From positions 448,001 to 512,000 of the forward strand of contig CBDCWI010000002.1 of assembly GCA_965223325.1 (NCBI GenBank): a DNA stretch of 64,000 nt, given 5' to 3'. The position numbers and the translations under genes are program-made. This DNA is from Candidatus Multivoradales bacterium (GTDB lineage Bacteria > Acidobacteriota > Thermoanaerobaculia > Multivoradales > Multivoraceae). Positions 10,719 to 21,244 of this stretch are shown here, piece after piece (within the stretch, counting starts at the first letter, position 1; each line of letters begins with the position of its first letter). Below the pieces are notes generated by a model that was not told the DNA's origin, did no database searches, and was given only the letters and a program-made list of their open reading frames with translations.

Positions 10719-13700
10719 TTACGGTACGTTCGAGCTCCAGGCCGAGAGCGCACCAGACTCGAAGTCATCGACGAAGAGACCGTCGCTTCTGTCGTCGAAA
10801 TGCGCGATGCAGTTGAGCTCGGTATCGACCTTGAGCAGCCCGTCGCTGCAGTCTTCCTCGCCGAAGAAACCGTTGAACTGTGACCCGAGAGTCGCCGCGG
10901 GCTCGAGAAGTACGACGGTGCCGAGCGGGAAGTCGCTCGAACACACACCCTCGGAGCAATCGACACCGGCCGGAATGCTGGTTATGCGCCCGCTTCCGAA
11001 CACTCGCAGCTCGACCGTCTCGGAACCCGTAGAAGGCTCGAAGCGCACCGAGCAGTCGACATTCGAGTCGACCCGTACCCGTCCATCGAGACAGTCCGAG
11101 GCCCCACCAAAGCCCCAGAACGCTGACCCAGGAGAGGCGATCGGTTCGAGACGCACTTCAGTGCCCGCGGGGAGCTCGGTCGTGCAGTGATCGACACAAT
11201 CGATGCCTACCGCGGTACTGGTGACCTTGCCGGCCCCGTCACCGCGAAACTCGATCGAAAGCATCGCCTCGCCACCTGGCTCGACTGCGAACGAGGCGGT
11301 GCAGGCGCGCGCGCTGCTCATCAGAACCGCCCCGTCGCTGCAATCGGCGTCGCCGGTCCAACCCTCGAACACCGACCCGGGATCCGGGGTGGCGACGAGG
11401 GTGACCACGGTGCCGTCGACGAATGCCTCGTCGCAGTCGCCGAGGCAGTCAATGCCCGCCGGACTCGACACCACCGAACCCCGACCCTGGCCGCTCAGCG
11501 TGACCGTGAGCTCGAACATGTCGGGCGGCAGCAGATCAAAGCGTGCGCTACAAGAGCGCGCCGAGCTCATCGTCACCTGGCCGTCGTTGCAGTCCGCATC
11601 GCCCTGCCAGCCCACGAAGGACGAACCCGCCGAAGCTGTCGCAGTGAGTGCGACGACGGTGCCAGCGCCGAGAGTCTCGCTGCAATCTCCGGGGCAGGAG
11701 ATCCCCGCCGGGATCGACGAAACGCTACCCGAGCCTGAACCCATGAGCGCGACCGTGAGGTCGTAGCTCGGCGACTCGAAGTTCGCCTGGCAGGACAGGC
11801 TCCTGGTCATGCTCACCGAGCCGTCGCCACAGTCGGTGTCGCCCGTCCAGGAGAGGAAGGTCCCCAGGGCTCCGTCGTGGGGCGTCAGCGTGACCACGGT
11901 GCCGTGGTCATAGGTCTCTTCACAGTCGGCGCCGCAGTTGACGCCGGACGGATCAGAGGTCACCGAGCCATCGCCCGAGATCGAGATGGAGAGGGTCTTC
12001 GGGGTGCGAATGAACGTCGCAGTGCAAGTGCGCGCCGCGTTCATCGTGACACTCCCATCGGAACAGTCGGCTGAACCGCTCCAGCCATCAAAACGCGACC
12101 CGGAGGCAGCCGTGGCGGTGAGAGCGACAACCGTGTCGTCGTCGAAACTCTCGGTGCAGTGCGCACCGCAGTTGATTCCCGACGGTTCTGAGGTCACGGT
12201 TCCGGTACCTGGGCCGGCACGCGTCACCGTCAAGAGAAACTGCGCAACGAGATCGAACGTAGCGCCGCAGCTTCGATCTCCGTTCATCGTCAGCGCACCG
12301 TCCGAACAGTCTCCGTCGCCGATCCAACCGGAGAACTCGGAGCCCGCGGCAGCCGTGGCCGTCAAGGTCACGACCGTACCCTCGGCGAAGTCCTCCGTAC
12401 AGTCGCCCGCACAGTCGATACCTGAGGGCTCGGAAGTGACCGCGCCCTGGCCAGCGCCGGTGACGGTCACGTCCAGCGCATGGATAATCGCCTCGAACAG
12501 GGCGTCACAAGTGCGCGACGCCGACAGAGTCACCGTACCGTCGCCGCAGTCGGGGTGACCACTCCAACCCACGAACGTAGACCCCGCGTCGGCTACGGCA
12601 TGGAGATCGATCTCTGCACCGGGTGAGAACTGAGCGTTACAGGTCGCGCCACAGTTGATTCCCGCGGGTGTCGAGGTCACGGTGCCGCTGCCGGTACCGC
12701 TTCGAGTCACGGTCAGGCTGAGGTCGTCGCTGATGCTCAAGCTGAGGTCGTACATCTGCACGTCGTCGGTGTCGTCGCCCCGAACGACCGCGAAGTAGGT
12801 CCCGGCGCCGCTGAGGAGAAGAACATCGCTCAGCGTCTCGCCAACGCCGGTGCCGTTGGCGTTGGCTGAATCGAGGACCGTCGAGCCGTCGGTGTCGAGG
12901 ATCTCGATCTCGAGATCATGCACATTGAGGGTGTCGAGGATCTCGCCGGCAGTGCAGCCGCCACTCTGCTGGGCTCCACTCAGATAGCTCCCGCCAACGG
13001 GAGTCACCGTGAGGGTCGCCTGCTTCCCTACCGGTACCGTGAAGCTCAGGAAGTCGAGGTCACTGTTGTCGTCGATGCTGAGACCGCTTTGGCTGAAACT
13101 GCTGATGGCGCCCAGCGGCTTCGACATCCCCGGCGTGTCGTTGTTCTGGTCGACGCCATGGGCTTCGAAGATGTCGCCGTAGCCGCGATTCATCGCCTGG
13201 ATGTCGTCATGCTGCGGACCATCGAAAGCGGAGGAGACAAAGGGCTCCATCAATTTGGTTTGATTGACCGGACAAACATGCGGAAGACCGAGGCCATGAC
13301 CATGCTCATGGGCGAGCACGTTGCGTAGGCCGAGCGACGAACCGTTGGTGTTGTTGTAGAAACTGTCTCCGGTATCGATGACCATGTCGCCGAAGTTCGG
13401 GAAGAAGTTGTACGCCAGGACACCGCTGTTGCCATCGATGTAGTGGCCCGAGATGCGCACGTCGCCACGCACGCCGGCTACTCCAACGGGTAGGGATGTC
13501 GAGGTCATTGCCGCGCCGTCGTCTGCCTCCTGATAGACGTAGGTGATTCCGATGAGATCGCCCCAACGGTCGAACACAGACTGAAGAATCGGCAGCCATA
13601 CCGACTTCGAACCGTAGATGCCGTTGAGAAACGCCTGGAGGTTGCTGTCCGCGGCTGGCTCACCGTTGTAGCCATGAACCGGCGTGCCATCGGGAACGAT

Positions 13701-14006
13701 GCTCCAGATCAAGGTCGTTGCAACACCCTGATCGAGACCGCCGCCGTCGGTGGCAGTTGTCGTCCAACGGCCATTGGCGTATTGGTCACGCGTAGCGGTC
13801 GAACCAGGTCCCTGCAGCGAGCTGGCGATGGCCTCCCACATCCGCCGTTCGGCGTGCCTGCGCACGGTTTCGGCGGGGGTTCCGGGCGCGAAGCAGACCC
13901 TGGGTGACGGGATGGTCTCTGGCGGCGGGAGTTCGGTGGCGCCAAGCGTCGCGGCGGGCAATACAAGAAGACAGCACGAGACGACGAACCTGACGAATCG
14001 GATCAT
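10719..14006 (-). CDS. Secreted matrixin (M10-like metzincin) protease with PPC-like domain, 8 Cys-rich beta repeats (divergent InlB-B-like) and LFxxxFE..WS tail
   Basis: Signal peptide; HEHGHGLGLPH zinc motif and Met-turn LMEP; ~78-aa repeats of type GxGxVTSxPxGIxC..C...F.GW.G..DC.DG.V.M...R.C.A.F; GGAG RBS before ATG 14006. Confidence 0.85.
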   Translation of the reverse strand: MIRFVRFVVSCCLLVLPAATLGATELPPPETIPSPRVCFAPGTPAETVRRHAERRMWEAIASSLQGPGSTATRDQYANGRWTTTATDGGGLDQGVATTLIWSIVPDGTPVHGYNGEPAADSNLQAFLNGIYGSKSVWLPILQSVFDRWGDLIGITYVYQEADDGAAMTSTSLPVGVAGVRGDVRISGHYIDGNSGVLAYNFFPNFGDMVIDTGDSFYNNTNGSSLGLRNVLAHEHGHGLGLPHVCPVNQTKLMEPFVSSAFDGPQHDDIQAMNRGYGDIFEAHGVDQNNDTPGMSKPLGAISSFSQSGLSIDDNSDLDFLSFTVPVGKQATLTVTPVGGSYLSGAQQSGGCTAGEILDTLNVHDLEIEILDTDGSTVLDSANANGTGVGETLSDVLLLSGAGTYFAVVRGDDTDDVQMYDLSLSISDDLSLTVTRSGTGSGTVTSTPAGINCGATCNAQFSPGAEIDLHAVADAGSTFVGWSGHPDCGDGTVTLSASRTCDALFEAIIHALDVTVTGAGQGAVTSEPSGIDCAGDCTEDFAEGTVVTLTATAAAGSEFSGWIGDGDCSDGALTMNGDRSCGATFDLVAQFLLTVTRAGPGTGTVTSEPSGINCGAHCTESFDDDTVVALTATAASGSRFDGWSGSADCSDGSVTMNAARTCTATFIRTPKTLSISISGDGSVTSDPSGVNCGADCEETYDHGTVVTLTPHDGALGTFLSWTGDTDCGDGSVSMTRSLSCQANFESPSYDLTVALMGSGSGSVSSIPAGISCPGDCSETLGAGTVVALTATASAGSSFVGWQGDADCNDGQVTMSSARSCSARFDLLPPDMFELTVTLSGQGRGSVVSSPAGIDCLGDCDEAFVDGTVVTLVATPDPGSVFEGWTGDADCSDGAVLMSSARACTASFAVEPGGEAMLSIEFRGDGAGKVTSTAVGIDCVDHCTTELPAGTEVRLEPIASPGSAFWGFGGASDCLDGRVRVDSNVDCSVRFEPSTGSETVELRVFGSGRITSIPAGVDCSEGVCSSDFPLGTVVLLEPAATLGSQFNGFFGEEDCSDGLLKVDTELNCIAHFDDRSDGLFVDDFESGALSAWSSNVP

Positions 14007-14096
14007 TGAGACACTCCGGAAAAGAAGAAAGGAAAAGAGGACACCGCGCAATGCACCGAGGGTTGCTCTTTGCGGCGCGATTCAACAATATATCCT

Positions 14097-14117
14097 AAAA
14101 CTTTTAAAAAAAGTTTT
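14097..14117. promoter_or_regulatory. AT-rich palindrome in the upstream region of the first matrixin gene (putative operator)
   Basis: AAAACTTTT-AAA-AAAAGTTTT, a perfect 9-3-9 inverted repeat in an AT island; adjacent minus-strand TATATT (-10-like) at 14087-14092. Confidence 0.4.
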
Positions 14118-14237
14118 TCGAATATTTATCGCGGCAAGGATCGCCGACCCTCGGCCGAAAACAATCTCGGCGAGCGCCCTCGTGTGGCGCCTCCTGCACC
14201 CGGAGCTGCGTGCTCGATCTGCCTGGCTGACCGGCGC

Positions 14238-16652
14238 TTACGGTTGGACGCCGCTCCACTCGCTGGTGTTTCCGACCTCGAAACCGGTCTCGAAGAGCGA
14301 GAAATCGGCCGGCCCGAAGTAGGCCCCACAGTTGAGGTCTTCATCGACGATCACGCTGCCATCGGCACAATCGAGGTCACCGAAGAGAGCCTTGAGCTCC
14401 TGGCCGGGGGCAGGCTCGGCAAAGAACTCGACGAGCTCACCGGCGGGATAGTCGTGGGCGCAGGTTTCGGTGCAATCGAGGCCTACTGGGTCGCTGTGTA
14501 CGCGGCCCTCGCCATAGATCGCCATCTGCACACGGTGAGTGGGCGTCATCGTCAAATCAAAGCGTGCGACGCAGTCTCGATCGGCGTTGAGCGTTACCGT
14601 GCCGCTCGAACAGCCCGCGTCTCCCGAAAAACCCACGAACGTCGAGCCCGACTGAGGAAGCGGCACCAGGGTGTGCTGGGAGCCCTCGGCGAAGTTTCGG
14701 CCACAGGTCGAGGAGCACACGTCATTCGACGGCTCGATGCGAACCGCACCAGCTCCCGTGCCAGAGAAGGTCAGGAAGAGACGCGCGGTGCCCTCTTCTG
14801 CCGGACCAAAGGTGGCCGTGCACACGCGGGCGGCATTCATCGTCACCGAACCGTCCGAGCAGTCTGCACTGCCAGTCCAACCGTTGAACTGCTGTCCCGA
14901 CGCCGGAGATGACGAGAGGTCGACGACGGTGCCCTGGGCAAAGTTGGCGCTGCAGGTTGGCGGACAGGCAATGCCACTGGGTGAACTGAACACCGAACCA
15001 CTGCCAGACACGCTGACGGTGAGACTTTCTTGTGGCCCCGTGGCGGTGAACTCGGCGTCGCACACGATGTCAGTCGTCATGGTGACGTTGCCGTCGACGC
15101 AGTCTGGATGACCGGAGAACCCGGTGAAGGTCGAACCGCCAGAGGCGAGCGGCTGAAGGCCAACCGAGGTGCCCTCGCCGAATTCGCCGGTACAGGCACC
15201 ACCGCAATTGATACCCGACGGCGACGAAACCACGCTACCGCTACCGGTACCGCTCTTTTGCACCGTGAGATCGAACGTCGGCGCCTGCTCGATGGTCAAG
15301 CGCAGGTCGTAGAGCTGGGCCGCGGTCGTCGTGTCGCCGCGAACCACAGCGGTGTAGCGGCCAGCGCCGTTGGTGAGCAGAACATCCGAAACGGTCTCGC
15401 CACTACCAGGTGGGTTGAAGTCGGCGCTCGCAATGACAGTGAAACCGTTCTGGTCGAGGATCTCGATCGAGAGGTTGTGAACAGCGAGCGTGTCCAGGTT
15501 GGTGCCCGGCGTGCATGAACCGTCGGCGTTCTGAGGGCCGCTCAGGAAGGTCGAACCAAGGGGGGTAACGGTCAGAGTCGCCATCGCCCCGACCGACACG
15601 TCGAATGGGTGGTAGTCGACATCGGTGCGATCGTCAATGCTCAGGTTTGACCGGACGTGCAACGAGCCGGTGCCGAGCGTCGTACCGGTACCGGGCGTAT
15701 CGTTCTCTTCGACAACGTCACCGTAGGCGCGATTCATCGCCCTGATGTCGTCGTGCTGCGGCCCGTCGAACGAGAAGGAAACGAACGGTTCCATGAGCTT
15801 CGTCTGCTGTACGGGGCAAACGTGCGGCAGACCGAGTCCGTGCCCGTGTTCGTGAGAAAGCACGTTGCGCAGTCCGAGTGAGCTGCCGGCGCTGTTCTCG
15901 CTGTAGAAAACGTCGCCAGTGTCGATCACCATGTCACCCCCGGACGGGCCGGGGAAGAAGTTGTAGGCCAGGATGTTGCCGTTGCCGTCGATGAAGTGAC
16001 CACCGATGCGCACGTCCCCACGTGAACCAAGAACACCCGGAGGGAGCGAGTCTTCCTCCATCGGGGCACCATCGTCCGAGACGTAGACGTACGAGAGCCC
16101 GGTGAGCTCGGCCCAGCGGTCGAAAACACTTTCAAAGAGCGGCATCCAGACCTCTTGGCTACCGTAGATTCCGTCGAGAAAGGCGTGCAGGTTGCTATTC
16201 GACGTGGGCTCGTCGAGGTACCCGAAGATCGGGGTGCCGTCAGGCACGATGCTCCAGGTCAGAACCGTAGGGTCGCCCTGCCCGAGACCGCTCGGTGTGG
16301 TCGCAGTACCCGTCCAGCGATTGCCATCTTCGTAGCTATCTCGGCTGGGCGTCTGAGGCTGTAGTGACGTGAGAGCTCGCTTGAATGTGCGGCGCTGGGC
16401 ATGGTGCGCGACAACCTCGGGCGCGGTGCCCGGTGCGTAACAGGGCGTCGGGGGCCGTACCGGCGTCCTCGCGGCGCTCGTGGTTTCGGCGGCATCGACG
16501 GTCGATTCCTGAGCGCCGCCTTCCTCGGTCACCGGGACAGCCGAGGAAGTTGCCGGGGCGACGGTCGCTGCAAGCGGTCCGGCAACGCCGACGCAAGCGA
16601 CCGCAACGATGAGACGAAGGCGAAGATCGAGCGACCGGGCACATAGGAGCAT
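14238..16652 (-). CDS. Paralogous secreted matrixin protease with PPC-like domain, 4 Cys-rich repeats and LFxxGFE..WS tail
   Basis: HEHGHGLGLPH and LMEP; catalytic domain clearly similar to 10719..14006; ends LFETGFEVGNTSEWSGVQP. Confidence 0.85.
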   Translation of the reverse strand: MLLCARSLDLRLRLIVAVACVGVAGPLAATVAPATSSAVPVTEEGGAQESTVDAAETTSAARTPVRPPTPCYAPGTAPEVVAHHAQRRTFKRALTSLQPQTPSRDSYEDGNRWTGTATTPSGLGQGDPTVLTWSIVPDGTPIFGYLDEPTSNSNLHAFLDGIYGSQEVWMPLFESVFDRWAELTGLSYVYVSDDGAPMEEDSLPPGVLGSRGDVRIGGHFIDGNGNILAYNFFPGPSGGDMVIDTGDVFYSENSAGSSLGLRNVLSHEHGHGLGLPHVCPVQQTKLMEPFVSFSFDGPQHDDIRAMNRAYGDVVEENDTPGTGTTLGTGSLHVRSNLSIDDRTDVDYHPFDVSVGAMATLTVTPLGSTFLSGPQNADGSCTPGTNLDTLAVHNLSIEILDQNGFTVIASADFNPPGSGETVSDVLLTNGAGRYTAVVRGDTTTAAQLYDLRLTIEQAPTFDLTVQKSGTGSGSVVSSPSGINCGGACTGEFGEGTSVGLQPLASGGSTFTGFSGHPDCVDGNVTMTTDIVCDAEFTATGPQESLTVSVSGSGSVFSSPSGIACPPTCSANFAQGTVVDLSSSPASGQQFNGWTGSADCSDGSVTMNAARVCTATFGPAEEGTARLFLTFSGTGAGAVRIEPSNDVCSSTCGRNFAEGSQHTLVPLPQSGSTFVGFSGDAGCSSGTVTLNADRDCVARFDLTMTPTHRVQMAIYGEGRVHSDPVGLDCTETCAHDYPAGELVEFFAEPAPGQELKALFGDLDCADGSVIVDEDLNCGAYFGPADFSLFETGFEVGNTSEWSGVQP

Positions 16653-16781
16653 AGGAGAGGCCTCCAGAAGATCAGAACAAGAACGGTGTCCGGGGACACC
16701 CGAGTCACTCCACCCCAGGCAGAATACTCGTCAATCTATGAATTGTATCTGATGAATACCTTCTGGGCTATATGCCCATCC

Positions 16782-18053
16782 TCAACCGTCCAGGCAGTAG
16801 AGGAAATCAGCCGTCCGCAGATAGAGGCGGCCGCCGGCGGCAGCCAGTGACGAGAGCGTGTAGCCCGTTGCGGTATTCGTCGCCAGGACCTCGAACTCAC
16901 GACCCGCTCTAAGCACCGTCGTGACGCCGTCTTCTGACGTCATGTACAAGCGCCCCTCGGCTAGCAACGGCGAGGCGCTGTAGGTACCTGGGGCGATGCG
17001 CTCGGGCCCCCAGATCGCCTCCCCATTGGTGGCCTCCCAGGCCGACACCAGCCCCCGGTCATCGAGAACGAAGAGGACCCCCTCAGCCACGACTGGTGTC
17101 GGGACGTCGGTGGCCTTCTCGAGCGCCCAGAGGACCTCCGGCTGGCCTTCGCGGGCCTCGAGCGCCAACAGCGGCTTGACCCGTGACGGTACGTAGAGAC
17201 GATTGCCCGCCACCACCGGCGAAGCGACGACGCGGTACATCGGGGCCTTGTCGGGGTTGAGCCCGCCGATACGCCACAGCTCTTTGCCTGTCTCCAGATC
17301 GTGGCCGGTGACGTAGTCGCCGCCGCTGATGACCAGATCTCGGCGGTCGTGATGGTTCCAGATCATCGGCGTGGTGTAGGCGTCAGGAGACTCTCGTACG
17401 GCGTCGGTGGGGCGCTCGACCTTCCACCTGGCCTCGCCACTAGCCCCGTCGATCGCCAACACGTACGAAGGGTCGTCGGTCTTCATGCCATGCAGCACGG
17501 GAACGTAGAGAGTCCCTTCGTCGAGAAGCGGTGAAGCGCCGTAGCCATGGTTGAGACCGAAGGCTCCGTAGTCGGCTTGCAGATCGCGCACCCAGACTTC
17601 CTCGAATATCTCGCTCGCGAGATCAAAGGCCGACAAGCGACCGGTGCCCGTCATCACCCACAGGGTCTTGCCGTCGGTCACTGGCGACGGTGAGGACATG
17701 TTGTGCTTCATGCGCTTGTAGTTGCCACTGCCGAGTGCATGTTTAGACAGCAGGCGACCACTCTGTTCGTCGAGAACCCAGAGCTCGAGATCGTCTTCGA
17801 GCGCCACGCTCAGGAAGATGCGCCCGCCCGTGATAATTGGCGTCGATCCGGAGACGCCGGCCATCGGAACCTTCCAGACCACATTCTGGGTCTCACCTTC
17901 GCCGTCGTTCCACTGCACGGGAAGACCCGTCTCGGTGGTGCTTCCATCGAGTGCCGGGCCGCGCCACTGCGGCCAGTCAGAAGCCACGAGGGGTGCACCC
18001 GCCAACCAACAAACGATCACCAATGGCCAACCACGCATTCTCTCTCCTCTCAT
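16782..18053 (-). CDS. PQQ-like beta-propeller repeat protein (secreted)
   Basis: Signal peptide then DWPQWRGP; [13 protein letters not shown], repeated GxxxW motifs. Confidence 0.88.
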   Translation of the reverse strand: MRGERMRGWPLVIVCWLAGAPLVASDWPQWRGPALDGSTTETGLPVQWNDGEGETQNVVWKVPMAGVSGSTPIITGGRIFLSVALEDDLELWVLDEQSGRLLSKHALGSGNYKRMKHNMSSPSPVTDGKTLWVMTGTGRLSAFDLASEIFEEVWVRDLQADYGAFGLNHGYGASPLLDEGTLYVPVLHGMKTDDPSYVLAIDGASGEARWKVERPTDAVRESPDAYTTPMIWNHHDRRDLVISGGDYVTGHDLETGKELWRIGGLNPDKAPMYRVVASPVVAGNRLYVPSRVKPLLALEAREGQPEVLWALEKATDVPTPVVAEGVLFVLDDRGLVSAWEATNGEAIWGPERIAPGTYSASPLLAEGRLYMTSEDGVTTVLRAGREFEVLATNTATGYTLSSLAAAGGRLYLRTADFLYCLDG

Positions 18054-18077
18054 TGCGAACAGTTTCTCGACCGGCCT

Positions 18078-21000
18078 TCAGCCTGGGGCGCCATCCGCGT
18101 CGCCTGCGATTTCGGCCCCTTGCGACTCTTCGGAGGGCGACGTTTCGGAGGGCGTCTCACCGGCGGCCGGTTCGGCTTCCGGGAAGAGAGACACCTGAAC
18201 GTACCGGTCCTCATTCAGATAGCGGCGCGCTGCCTGCGCAATCGCTTCGGCATCGAGACCGCTGACGCGGTCCTCGTAGCTGAGAATCTCGAGCGGGTCC
18301 AGCTGGTGTTCGAAGTAGAACGCCAGCGACCGGAGCCAGAAGCCGTTGGTGCGCACTGCGGTCTCACGCTCGCGCCGCATCTGTTCCTTGATCTTGGTGA
18401 GCTCGAGTTCTGTCGCCGGATCTTTCTTGAGCTTGTCGATCTGATCGAACATGGCCTCGGTCAAGACCTCGAGCTTCTCCGGGTCGGCGGCGAAACCGAT
18501 CGACACCGAGTAGGTCGTCCTGGGGCGCAGCTGACTGCTGGAGTTCACTCCTACCCCATAGGTTCCGCCGAGCTCCTCCCGCAGCACTTCGCGCAGGCGC
18601 GTCTCGAGCAGAGTCGCCATGGCACTCAGTTCGAAGCGGTTCTCGACCGACTGTTCGAACGGACCATGAAAGACCAGGCGTAGGAGACTCTTCGGTTCGA
18701 TGCCGCGCTCGACCGTGCGCACGACCACCCCATCGGGTCTTTCGATACCGATGTCGCGCCAGGTCTCCTCGCGCCCGGTCGAGGGCAGGCCGCCAAGGTA
18801 CGTGGTCACCAGCGGCTCGATGCTCTCCAGGTTGAACGCACCGACAATCACGAAAGTGAAGTCCGAGAAGTCTCTAAAGCGCTCCTTGTAGACCCGGCAG
18901 GCAGTGTCGAGGTCCAGGTCGTCGACACTCTCAATGGTCATCGGCTGGCGGCGCGGGTGGTCGCCGCCCAGAGCGCGCACCAGCTCGCGAGAAAACCAGG
19001 TGCCCGGCTGCTTCTCCTGGTTCTCGAGCGCCGCGCGCAAGCGCACCTGAAACGACGCGAAGGCCTTCTCGTCGCAGCGGGGCGCGGTGCCGTAGAGATA
19101 GGCGAGCTGGAACATCAGCTCGAGATCCTCCGGCGAGGCTCCGCCCTGCATGCCCTCGCTCAATTCACCGATGTAGGGCGAGACGCCCGCGGCTGTGCCT
19201 GCAAGGGCCTTCTGCAACTGAATCACGTCGAGGTCGGCCAGGCCACCCATCGTCACCATGCTCGAGGCATTGCTCGCCGACATGAAGTCGAGGTCGCCCA
19301 CCAGGGAATGGCCGCCGGGGCTGAAGGCGCTGAACGTCACCTGGTCGTTCTTGAAGTCGGTGGTCTTCAAGATCACTCTCACGCCGTTGCCCAACGTCCA
19401 GATGTCGACATCGAGCGCGTCGATGCGCTGACGTTCGGTGATCTCCGAACCGGTCGGCGGGGTCGGCAGAAGCTCACCGTCGTGAACCCGGTCGACGTAG
19501 GGCTCGACCTCCGTCGCCTCGACCCGCTCGAAGGTCCGCAGAAGCTCTTCCTCGGTGGGCGGGACGAGACTTTCCTTCTCGGGCAGGCTGGCGAGGATCA
19601 CTCGATTCTCGGTTCCCAGGAAGCGACTCGAAAGCGCGTCGACCTCTGCGAGCGTCACCCCTGGTAGGTAGCGGTGGGCGACCTCGCGCTCGATGGCAAT
19701 CCCCGGGTAGGGCTCATTGGTCAGGAAGTTGCGCACATACTCGTCTGCCAGGAGCCTGCTCTCGGTCTTGTCGCGCTCCTCGTAGGCACTGTCATAGAAG
19801 CGCAGGATGTCCTCGCGAGCCCGGTCGAGCTCACCCTGGGTGAAACCGTGACGTCGCGCACGCCGTGCCTCAGTGAGCAGCGCCTCGAGGCCGCGCTGCA
19901 TTCCACCATCGGCAACAGCGGCCGACAGCGAGTATGACCCGGTGTCCGGTGAGAGGGCGCCCTCCGAAGAGAACGCCCCGAGGTATGGCGGGTCGGTCTC
20001 CTGGACGCGCTCGGCGAGGCGACCGTTGAGCATGCTCGACCAGATGGTCTCGACCAGCGACTCGCGGTACTCGGCGACCGAGGCGCTCTCGCGCTCGGGG
20101 AATTTGTAGTTGATCGAGATGGTCGAGCGCGTCAGTTCGGGATCGGTCACCACAGACACCAGCGTCTCTTCGTGCGACGGTACGGTGGCCAGAAAGCGCT
20201 CGCGCGGCTCCGGCGGGTTCTCGAGCGGCTCGAAGAGGTCTCGGATGCGCCGTTCGATGCCATCGGGGTCGAAGTCGCCAACCGCAACGATGGCCATCAA
20301 TTCGGGCCGATACCAGTCGTCGTAGAAGCGTCGGAGGACCTCGGGTTCGAAGGCCTCGAGGATCTCTCTTTGCCCGATCGGTAGCCGGTCGGCGTAGCGC
20401 GAGTGGTGGAAGATGAGCGGAAACTGTTTGTCGCGAACGCGTGCACCGGCTCCACGGCCGAGCCGCCACTCCTCGATGACAACGCCGCGTTCTTTCTCGA
20501 TCTCCTCGGGGTCGAGGCTGAGGCCCGATGCCCAATCGGCGAGGATCAGGAAACCACGGTCGAGGATTCCTTCGTCGTCGGTCGGAATCTGGAGCATGTA
20601 GACCGTTTCGTCGAACGAAGTGTAGGCGTTGAGGTCCGGCCCGAAGCGCATGCCGATGGACTCGAGGTAGTCGACCAATTCCTGCTTCTCGAAGTTCTCG
20701 GTGCCGTTGAAGGCCATGTGCTCGAGAAAATGCGCCAGTCCCTGTTGGTCGTCGTCTTCGAGAATCGAACCCGCTTTGATCGCCAGGCGTAGCTCGGCGC
20801 GTGCGCGCGGCCGCGGGTTGGTTCGAATGTAGTACTCGAGTCCGTTTGTGAGGCTGCCCCGTCGCACCGCCGGGTCGCTCTTCATGTTGTCGTCGAGCTC
20901 GAGGCCCGGCGTCGGGGTGGCGAACTCGGGAGGCTCGGAGGGGGCGGCCGTCGGAGCCTCTGCAGCCGATTGCTGCGCGGCTGGCACGGCAACTTCCGAC

Positions 21001-21146
21001 GGAACCGCCACTTCGCCACCCCCGATCGTCGCGCAGCCGGAGAGGACCAATGAAAGCGCACCGGCCAGAGCGAGAGCGGAAACCGCCTGGCACGGGCGAT
21101 TGGAGCGGCCAGAAAGTCGAATCGAAAGGGAAAGAAGCTGGTGCAT
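18078..21146 (-). CDS. pqqL: M16 family zinc protease (PqqL-like), lipoprotein
   Basis: Inverted zinc motif GLAHFLEHMAFNGT, NAYTSFDETVY, RLPIG, LREVLREELGGTY; lipobox LSGC. Confidence 0.88.
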   Translation of the reverse strand: MHQLLSLSIRLSGRSNRPCQAVSALALAGALSLVLSGCATIGGGEVAVPSEVAVPAAQQSAAEAPTAAPSEPPEFATPTPGLELDDNMKSDPAVRRGSLTNGLEYYIRTNPRPRARAELRLAIKAGSILEDDDQQGLAHFLEHMAFNGTENFEKQELVDYLESIGMRFGPDLNAYTSFDETVYMLQIPTDDEGILDRGFLILADWASGLSLDPEEIEKERGVVIEEWRLGRGAGARVRDKQFPLIFHHSRYADRLPIGQREILEAFEPEVLRRFYDDWYRPELMAIVAVGDFDPDGIERRIRDLFEPLENPPEPRERFLATVPSHEETLVSVVTDPELTRSTISINYKFPERESASVAEYRESLVETIWSSMLNGRLAERVQETDPPYLGAFSSEGALSPDTGSYSLSAAVADGGMQRGLEALLTEARRARRHGFTQGELDRAREDILRFYDSAYEERDKTESRLLADEYVRNFLTNEPYPGIAIEREVAHRYLPGVTLAEVDALSSRFLGTENRVILASLPEKESLVPPTEEELLRTFERVEATEVEPYVDRVHDGELLPTPPTGSEITERQRIDALDVDIWTLGNGVRVILKTTDFKNDQVTFSAFSPGGHSLVGDLDFMSASNASSMVTMGGLADLDVIQLQKALAGTAAGVSPYIGELSEGMQGGASPEDLELMFQLAYLYGTAPRCDEKAFASFQVRLRAALENQEKQPGTWFSRELVRALGGDHPRRQPMTIESVDDLDLDTACRVYKERFRDFSDFTFVIVGAFNLESIEPLVTTYLGGLPSTGREETWRDIGIERPDGVVVRTVERGIEPKSLLRLVFHGPFEQSVENRFELSAMATLLETRLREVLREELGGTYGVGVNSSSQLRPRTTYSVSIGFAADPEKLEVLTEAMFDQIDKLKKDPATELELTKIKEQMRRERETAVRTNGFWLRSLAFYFEHQLDPLEILSYEDRVSGLDAEAIAQAARRYLNEDRYVQVSLFPEAEPAAGETPSETSPSEESQGAEIAGDADGAPG

Positions 21147-21244
21147 GAAATCTCCAGGTTTGGCCGAGGATACCGATCCAACCGCCTCGACGGGATTGCC
21201 GTTGGGAAAGTCGTCCCGCTATGGCCCTAACAACCGATATCCTC

